The notes: generated from the letters alone by a model not told the origin. A stretch of 64,000 nucleotides of DNA from Bacteroidales bacterium 52_46 (GCA_001915385.1 MNQK01000031.1:133166-197165), one strand, 5' to 3'; numbered from the stretch's first letter, positions 49,673-63,160 are shown. Made by a program: numbers and translations.

Positions 49673-51277
49673 ATGAGAAAGATAGTAGTAGCAGCCATAG
49701 CAGCTGCGTTGCCGATGGGAGTCATGGCCCAAGGCGCGTTCAACGCATATACCCTGTCGCAAAGCGACCTGCGCGGTACAGCCCGCTTCATGTCGATGGC
49801 CGGAGCCTTCGGCGCACTTGGCGGCGATTTGTCCACGCTCAACCAGAACCCCGGCGGTATCGGAGTGTACCGGTCTAGTGAAATCGGGGTCACTCTCGAC
49901 ATAGACATGGAGAAATCAGACGTAGGCGGACAGACCGACAGCAAGACGCATGCCTATTGTCCCAACTTCGGGTATATCGGAGCAATCAATCTCGACAGCG
50001 ACGTTATGCCCTACTTCCAGTGGGGAGTATCCTACGGCCGCGTGGCTTCATTCGACCGCATATATAGCGGCGGCTTCGGCGAGCTTGGCACCTCGATGTC
50101 AAACTATGTGGCAAACGCCCGCGCCTACGGCATAGCGCCCGACGTGCTCGGCCAATCGACCACCTACAATCCCTACAACCGCTCGAATGCCGACTGGCTG
50201 AGCATCCTCTCGTTCAACTCATACATAATCAATTCGGTAGGAGGTCTGAGCCAGTACAACGGGCTTTTCGACGAGAACCAGACCTCGGGCAACGCCCAGT
50301 TTGCCGTGCGGCAGCGCGGATATGTCGATGAATATGCCATCAACTTCGGCGGCAACATCATGAACACCGTATACTGGGGATTCGGCTTCGGCATCACCGA
50401 CATCGACTTGAAGGAAGAGGCATTCTACGACGAGGAACTCACCAATGCCCGCATAGCCAAGAATGAAGGCATGGGGTCGCCTATAGTCAACGGCAACGCA
50501 TACTACGGGCTGAGCAATTACCGCAGGGTGAGCGGCTCGGGCTTCAATTTCAAAATCGGAGCGATAGTAAAACCCATCAATGAATTCAGATTCGGTATCG
50601 CGGTGCATACGCCCACCTACTACAATCTCAACGACAAATATGAGTCGTCGATCGGTTACAGCTATTCACAACCCCAGTCAAGCATACCTGACGGCACGGC
50701 CTACACCGACTTCGCCGACTACGACTGGAAACTGCGCACACCGTGGAAGATGATAGTATCGGCTGCCGGAGTGATAGGCGGACGCTTCATTCTCTCGGCC
50801 GACTATGAGTTCGCGGCATACGACAACATGCGTATCAGCGACTACGACGGCAACGAATACAAGGACGCCACACAGGAAATCAAGGATTATTTCAAGCCCA
50901 CCCACACGATGCGTATCGGTACGGAATACCGCATAACGCCACAGTTCAGCGTGCGCGCCGGTTTCTCTCAGAGCACATCGGCAGTTGAAAAGGCAGTGAA
51001 GGACGGCGACATCGAAGTATATACCACAGGCTGTAATCCCGCCTATACCTTCGATACCACAACCCGTTACATCACGCTGGGTCTGGGATACAGATACAAG
51101 GGTTTCTATGCCGATCTCGCATACGTCAACAAATACCGCAAGAGCCAGTATTCACCATTCTCGTCATACGAAGACCTTGCATACGCCGACCCGTCGAACA
51201 GCTGGGTATACAATCCTGCCGCCGAGTTCACAACGACTAACAACAACATCGTAATCAGTGTGGGATACAAGTTCTAA
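49673..51277 (+). CDS. Outer-membrane beta-barrel protein (FadL/TodX-like candidate)
   Basis: Signal peptide. Alternating beta-strand pattern. Terminal aromatic residue (…VGYKF). The family assignment is uncertain. Confidence 0.6.
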   Translation: MRKIVVAAIAAALPMGVMAQGAFNAYTLSQSDLRGTARFMSMAGAFGALGGDLSTLNQNPGGIGVYRSSEIGVTLDIDMEKSDVGGQTDSKTHAYCPNFGYIGAINLDSDVMPYFQWGVSYGRVASFDRIYSGGFGELGTSMSNYVANARAYGIAPDVLGQSTTYNPYNRSNADWLSILSFNSYIINSVGGLSQYNGLFDENQTSGNAQFAVRQRGYVDEYAINFGGNIMNTVYWGFGFGITDIDLKEEAFYDEELTNARIAKNEGMGSPIVNGNAYYGLSNYRRVSGSGFNFKIGAIVKPINEFRFGIAVHTPTYYNLNDKYESSIGYSYSQPQSSIPDGTAYTDFADYDWKLRTPWKMIVSAAGVIGGRFILSADYEFAAYDNMRISDYDGNEYKDATQEIKDYFKPTHTMRIGTEYRITPQFSVRAGFSQSTSAVEKAVKDGDIEVYTTGCNPAYTFDTTTRYITLGLGYRYKGFYADLAYVNKYRKSQYSPFSSYEDLAYADPSNSWVYNPAAEFTTTNNNIVISVGYKF

Positions 51278-51301
51278 GCTCCGTAACAACGACATAAACT
51301 G

Positions 51302-51365
51302 AACGCGGTTAAAAACCGCGTCTACTACATGACTCAATCATAAAAGTAGTGGACGCGGTTTCTTT
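51302..51365. terminator. Long hairpin related to the one at 16971-17036
   Basis: AACGCGGTTAAAAACCGCGTCTACTAC...GTAGTGGACGCGGTTTC. Confidence 0.5.
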
Positions 51366-51551
51366 GCGTGGCAAAGCGCCAAAGGCGATGATTAACCGCG
51401 GTGACGATGAATGGAATATGGATTGATTATCGGTTAATTATCGGACGCACAGACCGTGCGTCCCTACACCGCCGGACATAGTTTTGTCGTTCTGCGACAC
51501 CCTCAGAGAAATATAAAATTTAACCTTGCAGCAGGACAGCTGCCGACAGAT

Positions 51552-53549
51552 ATGGCTAACGAACAGGAAAATATAGATTTGGACAATCCCGAGTTTCAGG
51601 ATATATGGCGGCTTATACGCTATACCAACCGCCCTATATTCATGACAGGCCGCGCCGGCACGGGCAAATCGACGTTCCTCAAATATATCACCCGCAACAC
51701 CTCGAAAAAGCATGTGGTGCTCGCTCCCACCGGAATAGCGGCAGTCAACGTGGGCGGAGTGACACTGCATTCGTTTTTCAAGATACCGTTCAAGCCGCTA
51801 CTGCCCGACGACCCGGAATTCAAGACCGACCGTCTGCGCAAACGCCTTAAATACAACAAGCAGCATATAAAACTCATCAAGGAACTCGAACTGATTATCA
51901 TCGACGAAATATCGATGGTGAGAGCCGACATACTCGATTTTGTCGACAAAGTGCTGAGAGTGTATTCGGGGAATATGCGCTCCGCTTTCGGCGGCAAACA
52001 GCTGCTGCTCGTAGGGGATATATTCCAGCTCGAGCCGGTAGTGACCTCCGATATGCGCGACGTGCTGCGCGTGTACTACCCTAACTCATATTTCTTTTCG
52101 GCAAAGGTATTCAGTCAGCTGTCACTGGTGCAGATTGAGCTTCAGAAGGTATACCGCCAGCAGAATGCTGACTTCGTGGCGATGCTCGACCGCTTCCGCA
52201 CCGGCACACCGTCAATCAACGATATATCGCAGCTCAACCAGCGTGTGCGCCCGTCGGCGGCCACCAAAGGTGACGATTTCGTGATGACTCTCGCCACGCG
52301 TCGCGACATGGTCGACAGCATCAACGACAGCCACCTCGCCCAGCTGAAATCGAAGTCAATCATCTACGTCGGCGAGATAAAGGATGATTTTCCGGAAGCG
52401 GCACTCCCCTCGCCCAAAGAACTTGAACTTAAAGCCGGCGCACAGGTAGTATTCATCAAGAACGACCGCGACAAGCGCTGGGTCAACGGGACAATCGGAA
52501 AAGTATATTGCGCCACGGCCGACAAACTCGAGATAGAATTCGAGAACGGCGACCGTCATGTGGTGGAACGCGAGATATGGGAAAATATCGTATACAAATA
52601 CAACGAGAAGAACAAGACCGTCGATGAGAAGCTGATAGGCACCTACACGCAATATCCAGTCAGATTGGCATGGGCGCTCACTATACACAAGAGCCAGGGC
52701 CTGACGTTCAACAAGGTGATTATCGACGTGGGGCGCGGTGCTTTCTCCGGCGGCCAGACCTACGTGGCGCTCAGCAGAAGCACGTCGCTTGAAGGGATTA
52801 CGCTTCAGAATCCAGTCAGCGAGCGTGACATATTCGTGAGCCCGGCCATCACAGAATTCTCACGCCAGAGCAACAGCCGCGCCATCATATCGACAGCACT
52901 CGAGCAGGCGGCGGCCGACGACAATTTCGCGGAAGCGTCGCGGTATTTCGACAGGGGAGAATACAGTAAATCGGTAAAGGCATTTGCCGCCGGACAGAAG
53001 ATACGCGACGAGCTCTCGCGCGAGCCGGTGCAGCGCGCCATATCGCGCAAGCTCTACCGGCTGGGACAGCTCGAGGGGGAAATCGAACGCCTCAACGCAA
53101 TCATCAGCGAGCAGAAGAAACGCTTCGACTCTCTTGCCGAGGAATATATTGCGATGGGGCGCGACTGCCTTGATGAAATCGAGGACATAACCGCAGCTCT
53201 CGCCAATTTCGACAAGGCGCTCTCCATATCGCCCCGCAATGTCAAAGCGCTTGAATACAAAGCCCGCGCACTGACAGCCGCCCATACTACCGAAGAAGCC
53301 AAAGAGACTTATACCGAACTGCTCGACGTCGACCCGACACATCTGAAAGCGTTGCTGGCGCTCGCCGACATTGCCAATGACGAGGATGACAACTATGCCG
53401 CGCTCGACAGGCTTCTCGTGGCGGTAAAACATTATCCCGAGGAAGCGAGAGTTTACCGGCGCATGGCCCGCATCTACGATAATATCGGCGACGAGGAGGC
53501 TGCGGATTATTACCGTGAAATGGAACAGCGCTTCCGAAAGAAGAAATGA
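51552..53549 (+). CDS. PIF1/RecD-family ATP-dependent DNA helicase with C-terminal TPR region
   Basis: Walker A GRAGTGKST. DExx-like IIIDEISMV. C-terminal TPR-like repeats. The start is taken at MANEQEN. Confidence 0.85.
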   Translation: MANEQENIDLDNPEFQDIWRLIRYTNRPIFMTGRAGTGKSTFLKYITRNTSKKHVVLAPTGIAAVNVGGVTLHSFFKIPFKPLLPDDPEFKTDRLRKRLKYNKQHIKLIKELELIIIDEISMVRADILDFVDKVLRVYSGNMRSAFGGKQLLLVGDIFQLEPVVTSDMRDVLRVYYPNSYFFSAKVFSQLSLVQIELQKVYRQQNADFVAMLDRFRTGTPSINDISQLNQRVRPSAATKGDDFVMTLATRRDMVDSINDSHLAQLKSKSIIYVGEIKDDFPEAALPSPKELELKAGAQVVFIKNDRDKRWVNGTIGKVYCATADKLEIEFENGDRHVVEREIWENIVYKYNEKNKTVDEKLIGTYTQYPVRLAWALTIHKSQGLTFNKVIIDVGRGAFSGGQTYVALSRSTSLEGITLQNPVSERDIFVSPAITEFSRQSNSRAIISTALEQAAADDNFAEASRYFDRGEYSKSVKAFAAGQKIRDELSREPVQRAISRKLYRLGQLEGEIERLNAIISEQKKRFDSLAEEYIAMGRDCLDEIEDITAALANFDKALSISPRNVKALEYKARALTAAHTTEEAKETYTELLDVDPTHLKALLALADIANDEDDNYAALDRLLVAVKHYPEEARVYRRMARIYDNIGDEEAADYYREMEQRFRKKK

Positions 53550-53687
53550 AAGGAATCAAATCAAACATATTTAAGGTGTTGCAAAACTCAAAATATACCG
53601 ACGAAATTGCAGTGACGCGATTCGCCGTGACTTTTGACCGCAATATAGCTTTGCTACACCATCCTACTATAAACTAAAAGACAAACA

Positions 53688-56144
53688 GTGACTTACCCGG
53701 ATACATTTGAAAAGAAAACAGGATTTGACGCAGTACGCAACGAAGTGATGCGACTGTGCCAGAGCAACGGCGCACGCGCCACAGCCGACGAGCAACTGCA
53801 GTTTACAAAGGATTACGAAACCATACTCTACCGTCTGCGCAGTGTGGACGAGATGACGAAGATATTAGGAGGAGACAACGCATTCCCGCTCGGAGCCACG
53901 GGTGATGTGGCGGAACTGCTTGCCAAAGTACGGCCCGAAGGGACATTTCTTGGAGCCGAAGAGCTGAACATGGTTAATAACGCGCTACTTATTTCGGCTG
54001 CAATATCCGATTTTTTTGCCGTTGCCGCGCAGGAGGGAAACACGCCCTACCCCACTCTGACCGGCATTGCCGGAGATATAGAGCGGTTTGACGCCGTGTC
54101 GGCCACGATAAGCCGCAGCATAGACCGCTTCGGTGAAATCAAGGACTCGGCCTCGCCCGAACTTGCACAGATACGACGTCAGCTTCAACAGACTCAGGCC
54201 TCGATATCGTCGGTGATGCGCAGGGTAATATCGCGCGCGGTCGAGAGCGGTTATCTCGATGCCGACGCATCGGCCGTGGTGCGCGACGGGCGCCTTGTGC
54301 TTCCGGTATCGCCCATGCACAAGCGCCATATCAACGGTATCGTGCACGATGAGTCGGCCTCCGGCAAGACCTACTTCATCGAGCCGGCCGAGATGGTCGA
54401 GGCCAACAACCGCATACGCGAGCTTCAGATGGACGAACGGCGCGAAATGACACGCATACTTAAGGAAATCACCGCAGCCATACGTCCCGACATCGGTCGC
54501 ATGACAGCCACTATGCGCGTCGTGGCCGAGATTGATTTCATCCACGCCAAGGCTATTTACGCCCGGCGCGTCGACGCGCACATGCCGCATCTTAATACGG
54601 CTCCGGAACTTGAATGGTACCATGCCGTGCATCCGGTGCTGTTGCTGTCGCTCGAAAGCCACGGCAAGAAAATCGTGCCGCTCGACATCACCCTGTCGCA
54701 GAAAGACCGCCTGCTGATCATATCCGGTCCCAACGCCGGCGGTAAATCCGTATGCCTCAAGACGGTCGGCATTGTGCAGTACATGATGCAGTGCGGCATG
54801 CTACCCACCCTTTATGAAAATTCGCACATGGGCATCTTCGAAAGCATATTCATCGACATCGGCGACGACCAGTCAATCGAGGATGACCTGAGTACGTACA
54901 GCTCGCACCTGCGCAACATGAAATATTTCCTCCAGCACGGCAACCGCGCCACGCTTGCATTGATTGACGAATTCGGGGGCGGTACCGAGCCGACCATAGG
55001 CGGCGCCATCGCCCAGGCCATACTCAAGGATTTCAACGGAAAGGAAATGTGGGGCGTCATCACCACCCACTACCAGAACCTTAAGAATTTCGCCGAGGAT
55101 ACCCCGGGGCTCATCAACGGTTCGATGCTCTATGACCGGCATCTGATGCAGCCGCTGTTCAAACTGCACATCGGCAACCCCGGCAGCTCGTTCGCCATAG
55201 AGATAGCTCGCAAGACGGGACTGCCCGCACAGATAATAGCCGATGCCGAGGAGATAGCCGGCTCAGACTACGTGCGTCTCGACCGCTACCTGCTCGACAT
55301 AGCCCGCGACAAACGCTACTGGGAGCACAAGCGCGACGCCATAAAGCTGAAAGAGAAAAAAATCGACACTCTTATAAATAATTACGAGGCCGAGGCTTCG
55401 ACGCTGCGCGACAAACGCCGCGAAATTATAGCCGAGGCCCGCAGCGAGGCGCAGCGCATACTCGACAGCAGCAACGCCACCATCGAACGCACGATACGCG
55501 AGATAAAGAACGCGCAGGCCGAGCGTGAACGCACGCGCGCCGCCCGCCTGCAGATGGAACACGACAAATCATCACTGCTCAACGAGAAGGAGAACGACGA
55601 CCCCGAAATACTCAACCGCCACCGCAACAAAAAGAAGAAAGTCAAAACGGAAGCTCCCGTACCCGCCAAAGCGGAGGAACCGCTGAAGCCTGGCGACAAC
55701 GTGAAACTCGACGGACAGACCACCGTAGGTACCGTCATGGAGATAAGCGGCAAACGCGCCATCGTGAATTTCGGCGCGCTGAAGACTACCGTAGAGCTGT
55801 CGCGGTTGCGGCGCACGATAGCCAAACCGCAGTCGGGCGCACGCGACGCTTCGTTTGTAAGTTCGGCCACCACCGACGCCATGCGGCAGCGGCAGCTGTC
55901 ATTCACCAACGAGATTGACGTGCGCGGCATGCGTGTCGACGAGGCGCTCCAGGCCATCACGTATTTCCTTGACGACGCAATCCAGTTCTCGGCCGGACGC
56001 GTCAGGATACTTCACGGTACGGGCACCGGCGCGCTGCGCATGGCCGTGCGGCAGATGCTCGACTCGGTGCCGGGTGTCGCCTCGTACCGCGACGAGCATG
56101 TACAGTTCGGCGGAGCGGGTATCACCGTTGTCGACCTGCGGTAG
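53688..56144 (+). CDS. mutS2: Endonuclease MutS2 (MutS ATPase plus C-terminal Smr domain)
   Basis: Walker A GPNAGGKS. C-terminal Smr domain ...LHGTGTGALR.... Confidence 0.92.
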   Translation: MTYPDTFEKKTGFDAVRNEVMRLCQSNGARATADEQLQFTKDYETILYRLRSVDEMTKILGGDNAFPLGATGDVAELLAKVRPEGTFLGAEELNMVNNALLISAAISDFFAVAAQEGNTPYPTLTGIAGDIERFDAVSATISRSIDRFGEIKDSASPELAQIRRQLQQTQASISSVMRRVISRAVESGYLDADASAVVRDGRLVLPVSPMHKRHINGIVHDESASGKTYFIEPAEMVEANNRIRELQMDERREMTRILKEITAAIRPDIGRMTATMRVVAEIDFIHAKAIYARRVDAHMPHLNTAPELEWYHAVHPVLLLSLESHGKKIVPLDITLSQKDRLLIISGPNAGGKSVCLKTVGIVQYMMQCGMLPTLYENSHMGIFESIFIDIGDDQSIEDDLSTYSSHLRNMKYFLQHGNRATLALIDEFGGGTEPTIGGAIAQAILKDFNGKEMWGVITTHYQNLKNFAEDTPGLINGSMLYDRHLMQPLFKLHIGNPGSSFAIEIARKTGLPAQIIADAEEIAGSDYVRLDRYLLDIARDKRYWEHKRDAIKLKEKKIDTLINNYEAEASTLRDKRREIIAEARSEAQRILDSSNATIERTIREIKNAQAERERTRAARLQMEHDKSSLLNEKENDDPEILNRHRNKKKKVKTEAPVPAKAEEPLKPGDNVKLDGQTTVGTVMEISGKRAIVNFGALKTTVELSRLRRTIAKPQSGARDASFVSSATTDAMRQRQLSFTNEIDVRGMRVDEALQAITYFLDDAIQFSAGRVRILHGTGTGALRMAVRQMLDSVPGVASYRDEHVQFGGAGITVVDLR

Positions 56145-56285
56145 AACAATCTTTTGAAGCGATAAATTGAAACATAAACGCACCTGTTGCGTTTATACTA
56201 AAAACAATAAAAACATATTTTAATAAAATTATTAAATATATAAAATTTATTCGTAACTTAGAGGTCAATTGCAGACTGACAGCAG

Positions 56286-57731
56286 ATGAGCGAGACAATC
56301 AATCAATATATCAACATGACGTGGGTCTATTGGGCGCTATGGATTGTATATGGCGTCACGATTGTCAGCGTCGTGCTGGTGGTGCTGTCGGAGAACCGTA
56401 ACCCTGTAAAATCGCTGGCATGGATTACAGTGCTGTTGCTGCTCCCCGCGGTGGGGCTGATACTCTATTTCCTGTTCGGACGGTCAATCAAGAACAAGCG
56501 CTTCATATCGCGCCGCAACCGCCGGCGGCTCAAAAAGCACGAGCAGGCCAAAGCGTTTGATGCCGCGGCCTCGGGGCTGAGCGTGGAGAACGCGCAGCAG
56601 GTACGGCTCGGACAATCGCTGATGGGCGCCCCATATTACGCCGAAAACAACGCCCGCATCTTCGACAACGGCAAGGAAAAGTTTGACATGCTGTTTCAGG
56701 ACCTGCGCCGTGCCCGACGCTTCATCTACCTGCAATATTATATCTTTGAGGATGACAAAATCGGCAATGCCTTAGCCGACATATTGATAGCAAAAGCAAA
56801 AGCCGGAGTGAAGGTAAAGGTGATATACGACCATGTGGGCAACCTGAAGGTGAAACGGCGCTTCTACAGGCGCATGCGCGAAGCCGGAGTTGAAATCTAT
56901 CCTTTCTTCAAGTTGTCGCTGCTTCTTCCTGGCTCCCGTATCAACTGGCGCAACCACCGCAAACTGTGCCTTATCGACGGGCGCATAGGCTATATCGGCG
57001 GTATGAATGTGGCCGACAGGTATATCGACGGGGGCAAATTCAGCGTGTGGCGCGACATACATCTGCGCGTCACGGGGCCAATACTCCGCAGTTTCAACCA
57101 CTCGTTCTGCTACGACTGGAATTTCATGGGGCGACCCATACCCGAGGATTTCGCGCCGTCCGACGCAAAACCGTCGAGCGCCAACATAGGAATGCAGCTC
57201 ATCACATCAGGTCCCACCGGCCAGTGGGGCAATATTTCGCTGGTATTCCTCAAGGCTATCGGCAACGCCAAGCGCTCAATCTACCTGCAGACGCCATATT
57301 TCCTTCCGACCGAAGGATTGCTTCGCGCACTTCAGGCCGCAGCACTGTCAAAGATTGACGTAAGGGTGATGATGCCGCGCCGGGCCGACTCCTCCGTGCT
57401 GCGAAGTGCATCGTTCTCCTACATAAAGGAATGCCTTCGTGCAGGTATAAAAGTATATCTGTACGAACCGGGAATGCTTCACGGCAAGGTTATAATTGTC
57501 GATGACGACTTTGTCACCGTCGGGTCGACCAACTTCGATTTCCGAAGTTTCGAGCACAACTTCGAAGCCAATCTGTTCATCTATTCCAAGGAATTCAACG
57601 CCCGCATGACCGACATATTCATGCGCGACCTCGAGGACTCTACCCGCGTACTCCCCTACGACTGGGACCACCGTCCGCGCCTTGACAAAATGAAGCAATC
57701 GGTAATGCGCCTCCTCTCCCCGATTCTGTAA
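56286..57731 (+). CDS. cls: Cardiolipin synthase
   Basis: Two N-terminal transmembrane helices. Two PLD-type HKD motifs (HRKLCLIDG and HGKVIIVDD). Confidence 0.88.
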   Translation: MSETINQYINMTWVYWALWIVYGVTIVSVVLVVLSENRNPVKSLAWITVLLLLPAVGLILYFLFGRSIKNKRFISRRNRRRLKKHEQAKAFDAAASGLSVENAQQVRLGQSLMGAPYYAENNARIFDNGKEKFDMLFQDLRRARRFIYLQYYIFEDDKIGNALADILIAKAKAGVKVKVIYDHVGNLKVKRRFYRRMREAGVEIYPFFKLSLLLPGSRINWRNHRKLCLIDGRIGYIGGMNVADRYIDGGKFSVWRDIHLRVTGPILRSFNHSFCYDWNFMGRPIPEDFAPSDAKPSSANIGMQLITSGPTGQWGNISLVFLKAIGNAKRSIYLQTPYFLPTEGLLRALQAAALSKIDVRVMMPRRADSSVLRSASFSYIKECLRAGIKVYLYEPGMLHGKVIIVDDDFVTVGSTNFDFRSFEHNFEANLFIYSKEFNARMTDIFMRDLEDSTRVLPYDWDHRPRLDKMKQSVMRLLSPIL

Positions 57732-57876
57732 CCTCAAAAATTTTCACGGTGTAATAACGCCAAATCTTACCGTTATTTTATTATTGTCTTGTGAAAAATT
57801 ATCATTTTTACGAGTAAATGCGTATATTTGCATTATCATTTTACCGATAAAATCACATCAAATCAACAATAAAACA

Positions 57877-59526
57877 ATGGCTACAAAACCTTTTGAATAC
57901 CAGGAGATGTTTCCCATGGGGAAAGATACCACCGAGTATTATCATCTGACTTCCGACTATGTCAGAACCGAGACTTTCAACGGTCGCGAAATGCTTGTCG
58001 TTGACCCCGAGGCGCTAACCGTGCTCGCACGCCAGGCCACACACGACAATGCTTTCATGCTGCGCCGCGAGCACAACGAGATGGTCGCAAAGATACTTCA
58101 CGACCCTGAAGCAAGCGCCAACGACAAGTTCGTAGCGCTTACGCTGCTCCGTAACGCCGAAGTTGCAGCCAAAGGCCAGCTCCCATTCTGCCAGGATACC
58201 GGCACAGCAATCATCATGGGCAAGAAAGGCCAGAACGTCTACACCGGCGGCGGCGATGAAGAGCGCCTGTCAAAAGGCGTTTACCTTACCTACACGCAGG
58301 ACAATCTCCGCTATTCGCAGAACGCACCCCTCACGATGTATGACGAGGTGAACACCGGTTGCAACCTTCCCGCCCAGATTGACCTTTATGCTGTAGACGG
58401 CAACGAATACAAATTCGTGTTCGTGGCAAAAGGCGGCGGTTCGGCCAACAAGACTTATCTCTATCAGGAGACAAAAGCCATCATCAACCCCAAGACACTT
58501 GTTCCGTTCCTCGTGGAGAAAATGAAGACACTCGGCACGGCTGCATGTCCTCCCTACCATATAGCGTTTGTTATCGGCGGCACATCGGCCGAGATGAACC
58601 TCGCCACAGTCAAAAAAGCATCAGTCAAATATTACGACAACCTTCCCACTCAGGGGAATGCCCTCGGCCACGCTTTCCGCGACGTCGAACTGGAGAAAGA
58701 ACTTCTCGAGGCATCGCGCAAAATCGGTCTCGGCGCGCAGTTCGGCGGCAAATACTTCGCCCACGACATACGCGTGATACGTCTGCCGCGCCACGGTGCA
58801 TCATGCCCCATCGGTATGGGCGTAAGCTGCTCGGCCGACCGTAACGTAAAGGCCAAAATCAACAAAGAAGGCCTTTGGATTGAGAAGCTCGACGCAAACC
58901 CAGGCGAACTCATCCCCGAAGATATGCGCAAAGCGGGCGAAGGCGACGTTGTGAAAATCGACCTCAACCGCCCTATGAGCGAAATACTCGCCGAACTGAC
59001 CAAATATCCCGTGTCGACGCGTCTGTCGCTCAACGGTACAATCATCGTAGGCCGCGATATCGCCCACGCCAAAATCAAAGAGCGTCTTGACAAAGGCGAA
59101 CCGATGCCCGAATACCTCAAGAACCACCCCATCTATTACGCAGGACCCGCCAAAACACCCGAAGGAATGCCTTCCGGTTCGTTCGGGCCGACCACTGCCG
59201 GACGTATGGACCCGTACGTCGACCAATTCCAGGCGGCAGGCGGTTCAATGGTAATGATAGCAAAAGGCAACCGCAGCAAGCAGGTGACCGACGCATGCAA
59301 GAAGCATGGCGGTTTCTACCTCGGCTCAATCGGAGGCCCCGCCGCAATCCTCGCACAGAACTCAATCAAGAAAGTCGAGTTGCTCGAATACCCCGAACTC
59401 GGCATGGAAGCTATCTGGAAAATAGAAGTCGAAGATTTCCCCGCTTTCATCCTTGTAGACGACAAAGGCAACGACTTCTTCACCGAAATCGCCGCCAAGT
59501 GCGCAGGCTGCCCCATCGCTAAATAA
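57877..59526 (+). CDS. Class I fumarate hydratase (Fe-S hydro-lyase)
   Basis: N-terminus [13 protein letters not shown]...YYHLTSDYV matches the FumA/FumB family. The start is taken at MATKPFEY. Confidence 0.9.
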   Translation: MATKPFEYQEMFPMGKDTTEYYHLTSDYVRTETFNGREMLVVDPEALTVLARQATHDNAFMLRREHNEMVAKILHDPEASANDKFVALTLLRNAEVAAKGQLPFCQDTGTAIIMGKKGQNVYTGGGDEERLSKGVYLTYTQDNLRYSQNAPLTMYDEVNTGCNLPAQIDLYAVDGNEYKFVFVAKGGGSANKTYLYQETKAIINPKTLVPFLVEKMKTLGTAACPPYHIAFVIGGTSAEMNLATVKKASVKYYDNLPTQGNALGHAFRDVELEKELLEASRKIGLGAQFGGKYFAHDIRVIRLPRHGASCPIGMGVSCSADRNVKAKINKEGLWIEKLDANPGELIPEDMRKAGEGDVVKIDLNRPMSEILAELTKYPVSTRLSLNGTIIVGRDIAHAKIKERLDKGEPMPEYLKNHPIYYAGPAKTPEGMPSGSFGPTTAGRMDPYVDQFQAAGGSMVMIAKGNRSKQVTDACKKHGGFYLGSIGGPAAILAQNSIKKVELLEYPELGMEAIWKIEVEDFPAFILVDDKGNDFFTEIAAKCAGCPIAK

Positions 59527-59649
59527 GATACTCCACAGGCATATACCAAACGAAGCAGGGCTGACATACAGGAATGTCAGCCCTTGCTTTATTCAGGTTC
59601 CCATACAGCATGCAAGGGCGTTTCGCCATCGTGGTATTTGTGTAGAATA

Positions 59650-59797
59650 GTGTATCAGAGCGCATCACACACTCGCCCTCTCCGTGGGCTCGCACACGCG
59701 TATTCCCTTTTACCCCGCCCTCCGCTAACGCGTCGGACGGGGATAGTGACACCACCGAGCCTTCGGCTCTCCGCTATTAGAACCGCATTGCACAGAC
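59650..59797. repeat. Family C palindromic element, half copy (one arm, inverted), truncated by a MITE insertion
   Basis: Reverse complement of the copy A left arm. It ends with ...GCATTGCACAGACCGTGCGTCC. Confidence 0.75.
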
Positions 59798-59976
59798 CGT
59801 GCGTCCTACTAGTGGTCAATCTTTTTTCTACATAATTTAGAGCATTGAAAAGGCTTAAATTATTAAATCCTTAATCTAAAGTATTTTATGAACAAAACTC
59901 AGGATAAATAGTTAATAAAGCTTTAAGTCTGAATGACTATTTCACATGTATTATAATTAAAGATTGACCACTAGTA
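59798..59976. mobile_element. MITE-like element with 15-bp terminal inverted repeats (TACTAGTGGTCAATC) and a 9-bp target-site duplication (CGTGCGTCC)
   Basis: Perfect terminal inverted repeats flank a ~150-bp AT-rich core. The direct repeat CGTGCGTCC lies at 59789-59797 and 59977-59985. The insertion splits the conserved terminal motif CGTGCGTCCCTACA of repeat family C. Confidence 0.65.
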
Positions 59977-60037
59977 CGTGCGTCCCTACATCGTTGGCTA
60001 AAATTCAGCAGTTTTGCAACGCCTTTCATACAACCCG

Positions 60038-60113
60038 CAAACAAACAAACAAACAAACAAACAAACAAACAATCAATCAATCAATCAATCAAACAATCAA
60101 TCAATAAGTTTGT
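60038..60113. repeat. Tetranucleotide microsatellite (CAAA)9(CAAT)5CAAA(CAAT)3
   Basis: Read directly from the sequence. It lies about 230 bp upstream of the NlpC/P60 gene. Confidence 0.9.
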
Positions 60114-60341
60114 ATTGCCGAATAGTTACCGGATATTGCCTAAATGTTATAATTTAACAAAATTAACAAAAGATAATATTATATATGATTGCAGGGCTTG
60201 GATATGGGCATCGTTTTCGCTAACTTTGTGAGTAGTAAAAACAACCCGACGTTTCGATTATAATATGAATTGAGGTTTTCAACATTTTCGATCAATCGAA
60301 AGCCTGTTTTCAAAATCGTTTCGATTATAACCCTTACCGAC

Positions 60342-60929
60342 GTGATTAGACGAATATTCATATCCTTAATACTGACCATGGTTGCGGCCACCGTATCGGC
60401 GCAGCATACGAGAGTACCCTCCCACGAAGCAGCCGAGCGCTATGCGGCGATGGAGAAAGTGGATCTTACGCGCCATCTGCCCGACATCAACAACCGCGAG
60501 CTCAAATCATTCGCAAGCGACGAGGCTGTCATGACGGCAAACGACATGCTGTCGCTGGCACGCACGTTCATCGGTCTGCGTTACCGTTACGGAGGCAGGA
60601 CGCCTAAGGGGTTTGACTGCTCAGGATTCACATCGTATATCTTCTCACAATTCGGATATGAACTGAAGCGTTCGTCGCGCGACCAATACCGCTGCGACGG
60701 CGAGATTGTCGACAAAATGCAGGTACAGCCCGGCGACCTTATCTTCTTCACGGGACGCAATTCGAAATCGGGCAACGTGGGCCATGTGGGCATCGTTGTC
60801 GACGGCGACCCTGTCACCGGCCAGATTACATTCATCCACTCCGCCTGCTCATCAGGCATATCAATCGACACGACTGACGACCCTTATTACTCAAAAAGAT
60901 TTATCGGAGTGAAAAGAGTAATCAAGTGA
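60342..60929 (+). CDS. NlpC/P60 (C40) family peptidase
   Basis: Signal peptide (GTG start) IRRIFISLILTMVAATVSAQ. Catalytic region GFDCSGFTSYIF...GHVGIV...H. Confidence 0.8.
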   Translation: MIRRIFISLILTMVAATVSAQHTRVPSHEAAERYAAMEKVDLTRHLPDINNRELKSFASDEAVMTANDMLSLARTFIGLRYRYGGRTPKGFDCSGFTSYIFSQFGYELKRSSRDQYRCDGEIVDKMQVQPGDLIFFTGRNSKSGNVGHVGIVVDGDPVTGQITFIHSACSSGISIDTTDDPYYSKRFIGVKRVIK

Positions 60930-60990
60930 CGACCCATTGCCGGCACGCATCTCCCGCCTGTTCAATCGGCCGCTTTATATAATTTTATAG

Positions 60991-63048
<2,058 letters not shown>

Positions 63049-63082
63049 CAGCAGAACCGAGATTCGATGCTGTTTGCTTATG

Positions 63083-63160
63083 TGGAGCGGGGGCGTCTCG
63101 CCCCCGGGGTATTATTTTTATTCACTGAAAGTTACCACGGGGGCGAGACGCCCCCGCCCC
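63083..63160. repeat. GC-rich palindromic REP-like element (family B), copy 5
   Basis: GGAGCGGGGGCGTCTCGCCCCCGGGG...CCACGGGGGCGAGACGCCCCCGCCCC immediately after ligA. Confidence 0.8.

Noticed and set aside
55382-55960. Antisense ORF within mutS2
   Set aside because: mutS2 is conserved end to end on the plus strand.
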